Shown: positions 28,464-37,442 of the stretch, piece by piece | How the letters are laid out: each line of letters starts with the position of its first letter | Numbering within the stretch: position 1 is the first letter of the stretch | Assembly (NCBI GenBank): GCA_002167285.1 | Contig: NHDG01000067.1 | Location: forward strand, 22,093 to 86,092 | Direction: 5' to 3' | Length of the DNA stretch: 64,000 nt | From: Planctomycetia bacterium TMED53 | GTDB taxonomy: Bacteria; Planctomycetota; UBA8108; UBA1146 | The notes under the pieces: model-generated | What the model saw: the letters and a program-made list of their open reading frames with translations, nothing else | The model's database searches: none | What the model was told of the DNA's origin: nothing | Translations under genes and position numbers: made by a program

Positions 28464-28596
28464 TTCGTCACTAAGCCAGGTTACTGAGATATCGGACTGA
28501 TCGCTTCCTTCCCCTAAAGTAGACCTCCCACGCAAGTACACTCCAAATCCTTGGTATGTCGGATAAGATCACCCTTAAGTTCGAGAAGGGAAACAT

Positions 28597-29376
28597 ATGG
28601 ACATCTCATTGGATGGCAAATCCGCACTGGTTTGCGGGAGTAGTCAGGGAATCGGTCTTGCCAGCGCAATTGAATTGGCCAGCCATGGTGCACGAGTCAC
28701 TCTTTGTGCCCGCAACGCTTCCGACCTGAATCATGCAGTCGAAAAACTGCCCGGTTCAAATCACGACATCCTCGTGGCCGACTTCGATAACCCAGATCAA
28801 CTAAGAGAACTGATCCGTCAAAAGATCGATTCTTCGGGTGCCTACCAAATTTTGGTCAACAACTCTGGTGGTCCACCAGGCGGGCCTCTCTTCGAAGCAA
28901 ACTCCGATGAATTTGCCGCTGCGATGACTCGACATCTCGTTTGTAACCATCTTCTTGTTCAAGAGCTGGTGCCGGGGATGATAAAGAGTCGCTATGGTCG
29001 CATCGTCAATGTCATTTCAACTTCAGTCAGAGAACCGATCCAAGGACTCGGAGTTTCCAATACTACCCGGGGAGCTGTCGCCTCTTGGTCCAAAACTCTT
29101 TCTAAAGAACTCGGCCCCCACGGCATTACTATCAACAGTGTCCTGCCAGGATTTACCGACACCGCCAGACTTAGTCAGTTGATGGAAAAAAGGGCCGCTT
29201 CAAGTAGTGTCACCCCAGAAGAAGTTAAATCGGCATGGTTATCTTCCATTCCTTTAGGAAGGCTGGCAGAGGCTTCAGAGATCGGTTCTGCGGTCGCGTT
29301 TTTGTGCTCACCAGCCGCTGCTTACATCAGCGGAGTTTGCCTACCTGTTGATGGTGGCAGGCTGAATATGATTTGA
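28597..29376 (+). CDS. Short-chain dehydrogenase/reductase (SDR) family oxidoreductase
   Basis: TGxxxGIG-type N-terminus (CGSSQGIGLA). The NNSG motif and the rest of the classical SDR fold are present. It lies 22 nt upstream of the ALDH gene. Confidence 0.8.
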   Translation: MDISLDGKSALVCGSSQGIGLASAIELASHGARVTLCARNASDLNHAVEKLPGSNHDILVADFDNPDQLRELIRQKIDSSGAYQILVNNSGGPPGGPLFEANSDEFAAAMTRHLVCNHLLVQELVPGMIKSRYGRIVNVISTSVREPIQGLGVSNTTRGAVASWSKTLSKELGPHGITINSVLPGFTDTARLSQLMEKRAASSSVTPEEVKSAWLSSIPLGRLAEASEIGSAVAFLCSPAAAYISGVCLPVDGGRLNMI

Positions 29377-29398
29377 GCGCGAATCGTTCCTGAAAGGA

Positions 29399-30883
29399 AT
29401 GAGCATGGACCTCGAAAATCTCTCTGAAGTATTGAACTACATTGGAGGTGAGAGAATTCCCGCCTCCAGTGGCAAATCTTTGGAAAACTACGAACCTGCA
29501 ACTGGAAAAATCCTAGGATCACTGCCTGCCAGCGATTCAAAGGATGTCACGCTAGCAGTCACCGCTGCTAAGGAAGCGATGAACTCATGGGGGAATCTTT
29601 CAGCGGAGGTAAGAGGGTTTCACCTTGAAAATCTTGCACGAGGAATTGAAGAAAATCTCGAGTCCCTCGCGCGGGCTGAAAGCATCGACAACGGTAAACC
29701 GATATCGGTGTCGAAGTCCTTGGATATCCCCCGCGCCGCTGCAAACCTGAGGTTCTTTGCCGGAGCAGCCCGTTACCAACATGAAGAAGCTTTCAGAACC
29801 CGACTACCGGGGGATGACCTACTCAATGTAACCGTCAGTCGTCCAGTTGGCGTTGCTGGCTGTATTTCACCTTGGAACCTGCCCCTATATCTCTTCACCT
29901 GGAAAATCGCCCCTGCTTTGGCAGCGGGTTGCACGGTGGTTGGCAAGCCCTCTGAAGTCACGCCTGTCACTGCAGATCTTTTGGCGAGAATCGCCATCGA
30001 TGTCGGCTTTCCACCGGGGGTATTGAACATCGTCCACGGCACTGGCCCTGAAGCGGGTTCTCCCATCGTTGGGCATGAGGATATTCCTGCGATCTCTTTC
30101 ACTGGCGGAACAGCTACTGGGGCAGCGATTGGCCAACAAGCAGCACCAACATTCAAAAAGACTCTTCTGGAGTTGGGTGGTAAAAATCCAACCATCATCT
30201 TTGAAGACGCCGATATCGATTCAGCAGTCGAAGGAGCGTTTCGAGCCGCCTACTCCAATCAAGGTCAGATCTGCCTTTGCGGTTCTAGAATCTTAATCCA
30301 CGAAAGTATCGCGGAAGAAATCACCGGACGACTACAAAAGAGAATCACAGAGATGGTTATCGGAGATCCTTTGGTTGAAAACACCATGATGGGTGCACTC
30401 GTCTCCGCAGACCATCTATCCAAAGTTGAATCCTGTCTTCAAACCGCTCGTGATGAGGGCGGAGAAATCCTTGTCGGCGGAGAGAGGGTCTCACCAGAAG
30501 GAAGATGTAAGAATGGTTACTTTTTAACTCCAGCATTGATACGGGGTCTCTCCCATTCCGCGACCACAAACCAAGAAGAGATCTTCGGTCCCGTTGCTTC
30601 GGTACTGACCTTCAAGGATGAAGAGGAAGCCCTCCAGCTGGCCAACGGTGTTCGCTACGGACTCGCAGCGAGCCTGTGGACTCAAGACGTCGATCGTGCA
30701 TTACGATTTTCTGAAAAAATTGAGGCGGGAACCGTATGGGTCAACTGCTGGATGAAGAGAGATCTTCGAACCATCTTTGGCGGAGTCAAAGATAGTGGTG
30801 TTGGTCGCGAAGGAGGCACTGATTCACTGCGCTTCTTCCAGGAACCGACCAATATCTGTGTCCGATTTGACACTCAATCCTGA
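29399..30883 (+). CDS. Aldehyde dehydrogenase, 2-aminomuconate-6-semialdehyde / 2-hydroxymuconate semialdehyde dehydrogenase-like
   Basis: 494-aa ALDH with catalytic-Cys region (GQICLCGSR) and the ELGGKNP Glu motif. Its position next to a RidA deaminase and opposite a kyn operon supports the AMMSDH role (inference). Confidence 0.75.
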   Translation: MSMDLENLSEVLNYIGGERIPASSGKSLENYEPATGKILGSLPASDSKDVTLAVTAAKEAMNSWGNLSAEVRGFHLENLARGIEENLESLARAESIDNGKPISVSKSLDIPRAAANLRFFAGAARYQHEEAFRTRLPGDDLLNVTVSRPVGVAGCISPWNLPLYLFTWKIAPALAAGCTVVGKPSEVTPVTADLLARIAIDVGFPPGVLNIVHGTGPEAGSPIVGHEDIPAISFTGGTATGAAIGQQAAPTFKKTLLELGGKNPTIIFEDADIDSAVEGAFRAAYSNQGQICLCGSRILIHESIAEEITGRLQKRITEMVIGDPLVENTMMGALVSADHLSKVESCLQTARDEGGEILVGGERVSPEGRCKNGYFLTPALIRGLSHSATTNQEEIFGPVASVLTFKDEEEALQLANGVRYGLAASLWTQDVDRALRFSEKIEAGTVWVNCWMKRDLRTIFGGVKDSGVGREGGTDSLRFFQEPTNICVRFDTQS

Positions 30884-30903
30884 ATCCTCCTGAAAGGGAA
30901 CTG

Positions 30904-31329
30904 ATGAACGATCACGTCACCGATAGCGAAAGGGCACCAGAGCCAGTGGGCCCCTATCCCCATGCCCGCCGGGCCGGAGAATTTATCTTTTTGAGCGGTG
31001 TAGGGCCCAGATCGAGGGGTACGAAGGAGATTCCGGGGGTCACCCTCTCAGAAGACGGAAACATCGTAGACTACTGTATCGAAACCCAGTGTCGCTCCTG
31101 CTTCGAAAACGTCCAGAAAGTGGTCGAAGATGCCGGGGCTCATTGGAACGAGGTGGTCGACGTTGCCGTCTATCTGACTGACATGAAAAAAGACTTTGCC
31201 GTCTTCAATCGTGTTTACGAAGAGTACTTCGGTGAAATTCGACCGTGTCGAACGACTGTGGAAGTGGGAGCTCTTCCCACACCCATAGCCGTCGAGTTGA
31301 AAGTGATCGTTCATGCACCCCGGGGGTAG
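30904..31329 (+). CDS. RidA/YjgF-family protein (candidate 2-aminomuconate deaminase)
   Basis: 141 aa with the conserved GPYPHARRAG ... VEVGALP chorismate-mutase-like fold signature of RidA. 2-Aminomuconate deaminases are RidA members. Confidence 0.75.
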   Translation: MNDHVTDSERAPEPVGPYPHARRAGEFIFLSGVGPRSRGTKEIPGVTLSEDGNIVDYCIETQCRSCFENVQKVVEDAGAHWNEVVDVAVYLTDMKKDFAVFNRVYEEYFGEIRPCRTTVEVGALPTPIAVELKVIVHAPRG

Positions 31330-31340
31330 GGAGATCTTTT

Positions 31341-33116
31341 TTGATCACCATCGACAAGCGAGTCCTAGCGATAGTCTTGATACTGGTCGGCGGCCTTGCC
31401 CTCTTCATCGGTAGATTCTTTCTCGGTGATACTCCGCCGTTAGAAGACTATCCGGATGTCAACTCCTCCCAAAATTCTGAATCAGAATCAGGAAGCGTGG
31501 ATGACCCCCAAGGGAACGATGTCTCCTCGGTCAGTAGCAGGCCCTCCAAACCAGTGGGACCAACGACACGTTTTGCCGGACAAGTGATCGATATCTCAAC
31601 GGGCCTACCGGTACCTGAAGCGACAGTGGCATTCAGAAATTTCAAAGGCTCTGTTCCCCTTGGTCATTCCCGAACTCGATCGGGAGGATACTTTTCTGTC
31701 GAGGTCCCCGAAGTCAATCAGGCTTCAGTGACAGTGCGCGCCGAAGGGTACGCACCGGCTCGTTGGCACTGGGGTGAAGATGCCATTCATTTGGGCTCCG
31801 CCAGTTCCAATACTCCTCCCGGAGAATTGCTCCTTGCCATCGCCCCAGAGAGCGTGCTCTGGGTCAGTGTCGAATCTCCCAATACCGAATTCCTGGAAGA
31901 CATGCTTGTCGAGAGTCGCCTCATTGAACCGAGAACTCCCAGAGAGATGGGTGCAGCGGTTCCGGTTCCTCCAGTATCGCTGGATGGAACTTCACGAAGG
32001 CTAGGCGGTCTCATCGCAGGCAGGCACATGGTGAGCGTGCGTTCAGGATCCAGAATCCTGGCTCGAAGAGAGATTGAAATCGGAGAAGGTGAAGAACGGG
32101 ATTTAGTCTTCCAGCTAGGACCCTCTATCCAGGTCAGAGGAATCATTCTCCGAAATCAGGAAACGGTTGCAGGTGGCACTGTGCAAACTTGGTGCCGCGA
32201 GACACAAGCCTCCGCAACGATACCCGTAGCTGAAAATGGTCGCTTTGAAGCACTCCTCCCAGGACCAGGCTTGTGGAGATTCATTTGGACCTCTCCTCTC
32301 GGCAATGGAGAAGGTACCACCCATGAGGAAGAACTCTTTCAAGATAGTGAAGTTGTTCTGAGATTAAACACAGGGCGAATCGAGGGAAGAGTCATCGGCC
32401 CCCTCGGCGAGTCTGTGGTGGGACTTCAAGGAAGTCTCTTCGGTCCACGCCCATTTTCATTCTCCACCGACGAAGATGGACGTTTCGTTGTCGAAGATGT
32501 TCCACACGGCACTTACAAATGGGTGTTCTTACAACTTCCGGAGCGAGTCTTCGCTCAAAACAAAAGCTTCGAGGTCACCGGGAATCAATTCGAGGAGTTC
32601 CAGTTTGACGGTGCCACCGAACTCTCCGTGACGGTTTACGCTGCACAAGATGAATACAGCCAACCTTCTCTGACCAATGTTCCTGTATACCTGCTTGCTG
32701 ACAACGGTGAGATGTCACCCCTAAAGCGAACCCAGCAACCTGAAACATTTTTGTGGCCCAGAACGGGTGGGGTCGGAGTCGTGTACCAAAGGGGTTGGAC
32801 ACCCTACTTCTTCTCGACTGGACCTTCTGACTATCCACTTCCTGTGAAAGCGACACTTCAACCAGCGGGAGAGGTCACCGTGACTCTCGTCGCGCTGGAT
32901 GGAGAAGTCTTGGCAAATTATCCGTTCACCATCGTTCCACTTTCTGCTCCGGAGATCCCTGATGCCTGGGCTCAAAGAACGACTGGTCCACGAGGATCGA
33001 GTAGAGTAACCCTTTCTCCTGGCCAATATGAAATCCGTGCTCAATTGGATAGTGGGCCGGCTGCAGCGACTCTCTTCATCGAGCCAAAGGAATCGACGCG
33101 GTTGCGCTTACCCTAG
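31341..33116 (+). CDS. Membrane-anchored protein with carboxypeptidase-regulatory-like (transthyretin-like) domains
   Basis: In-frame TTG at 31341 is preceded by GGGAG. This avoids the 85-nt overlap with the RidA gene implied by the track start 31245. There is an N-terminal TM (VLAIVLILVGGLALFIG) and repeated G[QR]VID / RFVVEDVPHGTY beta-sandwich motifs. Confidence 0.55.
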   Translation: MITIDKRVLAIVLILVGGLALFIGRFFLGDTPPLEDYPDVNSSQNSESESGSVDDPQGNDVSSVSSRPSKPVGPTTRFAGQVIDISTGLPVPEATVAFRNFKGSVPLGHSRTRSGGYFSVEVPEVNQASVTVRAEGYAPARWHWGEDAIHLGSASSNTPPGELLLAIAPESVLWVSVESPNTEFLEDMLVESRLIEPRTPREMGAAVPVPPVSLDGTSRRLGGLIAGRHMVSVRSGSRILARREIEIGEGEERDLVFQLGPSIQVRGIILRNQETVAGGTVQTWCRETQASATIPVAENGRFEALLPGPGLWRFIWTSPLGNGEGTTHEEELFQDSEVVLRLNTGRIEGRVIGPLGESVVGLQGSLFGPRPFSFSTDEDGRFVVEDVPHGTYKWVFLQLPERVFAQNKSFEVTGNQFEEFQFDGATELSVTVYAAQDEYSQPSLTNVPVYLLADNGEMSPLKRTQQPETFLWPRTGGVGVVYQRGWTPYFFSTGPSDYPLPVKATLQPAGEVTVTLVALDGEVLANYPFTIVPLSAPEIPDAWAQRTTGPRGSSRVTLSPGQYEIRAQLDSGPAAATLFIEPKESTRLRLP

Positions 33117-33427
33117 ATCGACAACTGCTTGCGAATTTCAGAGACGGCCTCAGAGTCAAATCCGGTCACCTCTAAAAAACCGATGTGTATCAATTCAGAT
33201 TCTTCAGCGGATCCAGGTGTAAGATTATCGACATGGGCATTTGCCAGCGCCCAATCTTCAGCGGAGTGTTGAAACACCTCGATGAGATTGCCAACCCTCA
33301 ATGAGGACTTCACCAATTTTAGCCCACACAAGGTGACCAAGGCATCATCGTGTTGCCGTGTGACCCACACGAGGAAGGCGATCACCACTGGCTTGTGAAA
33401 ATCACCCGCCTCGTTATCCGCGTGCAT
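33113..33427 (-). CDS. Small hypothetical protein (possible Dabb/ABM-like alpha+beta barrel), last gene of the kyn operon
   Basis: 104-aa ORF abutting the kynB stop (start at 33427, kynB ends 33428). It overlaps the convergent upstream gene by 4 nt. No recognisable motif. Confidence 0.35.
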   Translation of the reverse strand: MHADNEAGDFHKPVVIAFLVWVTRQHDDALVTLCGLKLVKSSLRVGNLIEVFQHSAEDWALANAHVDNLTPGSAEESELIHIGFLEVTGFDSEAVSEIRKQLSI

Positions 33428-34162
33428 TCAAGAATCCTGTTTCCATTTGCGCAATACTGCCCGCACTGGAGAAGCGTCGAAGCCTTTCAACGGTAGTGGC
33501 AAGGCGATCAACTCATAAAAACCAGGATCGACCTTCTCTAACACGAGCCCCTCTAAGATCCAGATGTTTCCTCGGCGACATGCTGCGTGCGCCAAGAGAT
33601 CTTTTGAATCAGCAAGATCCACACTGGGCGTGTCAACTCCGAGAAGCTTGACTCCTTGTTGCGCCAACTCATCGATCAAACCGGGCGAAACTCCATTGAA
33701 ATCACCTCCCCAATGATCAGGATTGGGATGGCTTCCTGTCTTCAGCAGAACCCTGGAACACTGCGGCTGCTCTTCCAGATCTTCTGCAAAAATCTCTTCT
33801 CCTAATTTCGAATTCGTTTGAATTACTTGGCACTTTCCCACGCACAGGGATAGATCGACCTCTTCGATAGAGACTCCATCAGGATCGTAGTGACTCGGTG
33901 CATCGAGATGGCTACCAAGGTGAACCGTCGATTTGAGTGTCGATAAAGTCAAATGGTTGCCCGCATGGAGATCCATGAGCACTTCCCTCTGCAACGGGGT
34001 GTCACCGGGAAAAACCGCGGTATCAGTACTCAGCAGTGGAGAGATGTCGATCAGGTCCAAAGGCCTCCTACATTTCGGAGCGGATCGCCCACAGGTCAGG
34101 GAACAGTGGAGTAAAGAGAGTTCTCTTAAGGAACTCGACTCCATCGCTGCCACCAGTGCCAA
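33428..34162 (-). CDS. kynB: Cyclase-family kynurenine formamidase (KynB-like)
   Basis: HLGSHLDAPSHY matches the HxGTHxDAPxH metal-binding motif of PF04199 arylformamidases. The track start overlaps kynA by 95 nt. A TTG at 34060, directly after an AGGAGG placed on the kynA stop, is an alternative start. Confidence 0.7.
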   Translation of the reverse strand: MALVAAMESSSLRELSLLHCSLTCGRSAPKCRRPLDLIDISPLLSTDTAVFPGDTPLQREVLMDLHAGNHLTLSTLKSTVHLGSHLDAPSHYDPDGVSIEEVDLSLCVGKCQVIQTNSKLGEEIFAEDLEEQPQCSRVLLKTGSHPNPDHWGGDFNGVSPGLIDELAQQGVKLLGVDTPSVDLADSKDLLAHAACRRGNIWILEGLVLEKVDPGFYELIALPLPLKGFDASPVRAVLRKWKQDS

Positions 34163-34850
34163 TCTTTGCGCCGATGGTTCTCTCCGCCAGCTTTACATGG
34201 CGGTAACGCCACTCTTGAATTCCTTCGTCGATATCGGTCAAGAGCTCCAATAGCACTGAGACGTCAGGCTTCTCCCGATACATCCGAAGTAGCTCTCTTT
34301 GAACGCCCTCGTTGGCGGAATTAGCTTCTTTGACATCCCTCTCGAGAACCTCTCCCGGAATGTCACAACCACTCCGAGATAGAAAACCATTAAGAACGTC
34401 GAGCAAGCTTCTTTTCTCAAAGGACTCTGCCAGCTCTTCCCGTAAGGGCACACCCTTTGGGGTCATATCAAGAATTCGTTGTCGTTTGTGACCAAGTCGG
34501 AATTCGATGATGCGAAACTGTACTGACTGAAAGCCGCTAGCAGTATCAAGACGATCCCTGAATGAGACGAAGCTCAAAGGGGTCATCGTCTCCAAAATAT
34601 CCACCTGCTGGACCAAGGTCTTCAAGATCATGCGCATTCTTTTTAGAGTTGCGATACATCCCCAAAGATCATCGGCATCGAGACAAAATTCTGCACGATC
34701 TAGCTCATGGAGAAACTGCTTGAACCACAGTTCATAAGTTTGATGGATGATGATGAAAAGGGTCTCATCGTGCTCCGCCGGTTCAGATCTTGGCGTCTGA
34801 ATTTCAAGAAGCTGAGGTATCGAGAGGTAATCGTGGTAGGTAAGGGTCAT
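34068..34850 (-). CDS. kynA: Tryptophan 2,3-dioxygenase
   Basis: N-terminal LTYHDYLSIPQLLEIQTP and downstream TDO helical core motifs. Confidence 0.85.
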   Translation of the reverse strand: MTLTYHDYLSIPQLLEIQTPRSEPAEHDETLFIIIHQTYELWFKQFLHELDRAEFCLDADDLWGCIATLKRMRMILKTLVQQVDILETMTPLSFVSFRDRLDTASGFQSVQFRIIEFRLGHKRQRILDMTPKGVPLREELAESFEKRSLLDVLNGFLSRSGCDIPGEVLERDVKEANSANEGVQRELLRMYREKPDVSVLLELLTDIDEGIQEWRYRHVKLAERTIGAKIGTGGSDGVEFLKRTLFTPLFPDLWAIRSEM

Positions 34851-36169
34851 GTCAAACTCCAGACTATCGCCGCCACGATGATTAAAGCCAGCAGCGGAAA
34901 GATGAATCGAATCGCCTGATCCTGTGATCTTGCTATCCGAACCGCCTCCTCATAAGGAGTATTCGAAAAGCTAACCATCGAATAGAGAGAACGGTACCAC
35001 CCTGGAAACAACTTCTGAAGAAGGTTTGAAAACTTCTTGTTGAGTAAGAAGAGCGGTTTGGCCACATGATCTTGCATCTCATAAAAATTAGCTAACGCCA
35101 AATCCGCAATCGCGTTGCCATTGCCGATTCTCAACTCTTGGTACGACTTCAAAGCTGCTTCGAGATCTTCCGGACGCTCCTCCAGCTGCTCACATAATAT
35201 TCTTACGTCCTCAAATCCTGCGTTCATCCCCTGTCCATAGAAGGGAACGATGGCATGGGCCGAATCACCCACCAGAACAGTCTTCCCGACGACCCACGGT
35301 TGGCAGCGAATCGTCACTAGAGAGGATGGACTCCCAGATAGATACTGCTCCTCCAAATCAGGAACCAAAACAGGTACATCGGGGAACCACTCCTTGAAGA
35401 ATCTCTTCACCTGTTCAGCATCCTTGAGATTTGAAAATGCGGCGTCCCCCTTGAGAGGCCAAAAGAGAGTCCCTGTAAATGAACCATCGTCGTTGGGTAG
35501 AGCGATCATCATGAAATGCCCGCGAGGCCAAATGTGAAGTGCGTTCTTCTCGATGGCAAACTCGCCCCCTTCAGCAGCAGGGATGTACAACTCCATGTAG
35601 CCATGGCTCAGGTACTCTTGGGAAAAATCGAAGAGATCCCCCACCATCAAGTTTTGCCGCACCGCTGAATACGCCCCGTCAGCTCCGATCACCAGATCAC
35701 CGCTAGCTTCGACAGTTTCACCGGTCTTATCGTCGCTAAATGTCACCACACCTGAACGGGGATCAACTTCAATACAACGATGATCAAAGTGAAGTGTGAC
35801 ATTATCTTCTTCAGCAGCATGTTCGATCAAAAATCGATTTAATCCCCCACGGGAAATGCTGTAGATGTTTTCTTTGGGATCAGCAGAGTAAGGCTGGAAT
35901 GTCGTCGAAAGATCCTCGCCATGCATTCGCCTACCCCGCATCGGCACCGCCATGTCGAGAGCATGCTGCCGCAAACCAACTCTTTCCAATGCAGTCAATC
36001 CACGAGTGGAGATCGCCAAGTTGATGCTGCGGCCATGAACGATGGTTGCATCACGAATGTCACCTCTACGCTCGTAGAGATCGACTCGATGGCCATCCCT
36101 GGCCAGGGCAAGTGCAGCCAAAGCTCCTGTGAGCCCACCTCCGACGATGACGATATTTTTTGCAGTCAT
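34847..36169 (-). CDS. kmo: Kynurenine 3-monooxygenase (FAD-dependent)
   Basis: Preferred start is MTAKNIVIVGGGLTGALAALAL (GxGxxG), 1 nt after the kynU stop. The class-A flavoprotein hydroxylase core and a C-terminal hydrophobic anchor typical of KMO are present. Confidence 0.85.
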   Translation of the reverse strand: MTAKNIVIVGGGLTGALAALALARDGHRVDLYERRGDIRDATIVHGRSINLAISTRGLTALERVGLRQHALDMAVPMRGRRMHGEDLSTTFQPYSADPKENIYSISRGGLNRFLIEHAAEEDNVTLHFDHRCIEVDPRSGVVTFSDDKTGETVEASGDLVIGADGAYSAVRQNLMVGDLFDFSQEYLSHGYMELYIPAAEGGEFAIEKNALHIWPRGHFMMIALPNDDGSFTGTLFWPLKGDAAFSNLKDAEQVKRFFKEWFPDVPVLVPDLEEQYLSGSPSSLVTIRCQPWVVGKTVLVGDSAHAIVPFYGQGMNAGFEDVRILCEQLEERPEDLEAALKSYQELRIGNGNAIADLALANFYEMQDHVAKPLFLLNKKFSNLLQKLFPGWYRSLYSMVSFSNTPYEEAVRIARSQDQAIRFIFPLLALIIVAAIVWSLT

Positions 36170-36170
36170 C

Positions 36171-37442
36171 TCAGGAACCCACTCCTGCTCGCTCACTGAG
36201 GACGGAAGCGAATCGTGCGATCTCTTCATAGGTGTTGTACAGAGGCGTCGGTGCGATTCGGATCACGTCCGGTGGTCGGAAGTCAGTGACGATACCCGCT
36301 TCCTGAAGTGATTCTCGCAGAGCCGGTGCATTCTCATGCACGCGCAAAGAAATTTGCGACCCACGGCTTTGCGGATTGGAAGGGGTGATGATGGAGTAGT
36401 GATCATCTCCGATTTCACGGATGCACTCCTCAAGGAATCCTGTCATTCGCAGTGACCGCTCCCTCAAAGAACCAATTCCAACCTCATCGAAAATGGCCAA
36501 AGAAGCATGAAGAGGTGTCATTGAAAAGATGGGAGGATTCGAGACTTGCCAACCCTCGGCACCCGGGTGAGGAACGAAATCTGTCATCTCATCCATCTGG
36601 AAGCGAGTTGCTGGATCATTGCCCCACCAACCGGCAAGACGTACGAGGTCTTTATCGTTGGCATGCTTTTCATGGACAAACGCCGCGGCGACCGCACCGG
36701 GACCGCAGTTGACGTATTTGTAAGTGCACCAAGCCGCAAAATCGACGCCATCCTCATGAAGCTTCAAATGCAGATTCCCGGCAGCGTGGGCCAAATCCAC
36801 ACCGAAGGGAATTGCATGTTGCTGGCATGCGGCCGAGATCGCTTTCAAGTCATACGCTTGCCCTGTGAGAAAGTTCACCCCTGCAAGCATCACCATTGCA
36901 ATCTCATCCGCGTTTTCATGGATCGCCGCAACGATGTCATCATCTTCGAGGCAACTCGCTCCTTCTTTGGGATGCAAAACCAACATATCCCGATCGATGT
37001 CGCCTCCATGCCAGCGAATCTGTGATTGCAAAGCATAGATGTCCGAGGGAAAGGTCGGCGCGTCGGAGAGAATACGGGTCTTTTTCCCATTCGGCCTGTA
37101 GAAGGAAGCCATCAAAAAATGGAGATTAGCCGTCAACGTGTTCATGAAGACGACTTCTCCAGGGTTTGCTCCTACTAGCCGAGCTCCCGTTTCCCTGAAT
37201 GATTCGTGATATGGAAACCAAGGACGCCGAGCGTGGTGGTGGCCATCGACGGCAAGATCACGCCAATCCTCCAGCTCTGCCTGAAGATCTGCTTCCACCT
37301 GCTTTGGCATCAAACCGAGGGAGTTACCGCAGAAATAAACGAGCTCTTCGCCATTCTTTCCCCGCGGAACATGAAATCGATCTCTGCGACTTTTGACCGG
37401 ATCTTCATTCTCCAACCGCTGCGCTTTTTCAAGGTGAGTCAT
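36171..37442 (-). CDS. kynU: Kynureninase (PLP-dependent)
   Basis: 423-aa type-I aminotransferase-fold protein. Conserved kynureninase N-terminal region (FHVPRGKNGEELVYFCGNSLGLMPK) and PLP-Lys region are present. Confidence 0.85.
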   Translation of the reverse strand: MTHLEKAQRLENEDPVKSRRDRFHVPRGKNGEELVYFCGNSLGLMPKQVEADLQAELEDWRDLAVDGHHHARRPWFPYHESFRETGARLVGANPGEVVFMNTLTANLHFLMASFYRPNGKKTRILSDAPTFPSDIYALQSQIRWHGGDIDRDMLVLHPKEGASCLEDDDIVAAIHENADEIAMVMLAGVNFLTGQAYDLKAISAACQQHAIPFGVDLAHAAGNLHLKLHEDGVDFAAWCTYKYVNCGPGAVAAAFVHEKHANDKDLVRLAGWWGNDPATRFQMDEMTDFVPHPGAEGWQVSNPPIFSMTPLHASLAIFDEVGIGSLRERSLRMTGFLEECIREIGDDHYSIITPSNPQSRGSQISLRVHENAPALRESLQEAGIVTDFRPPDVIRIAPTPLYNTYEEIARFASVLSERAGVGS

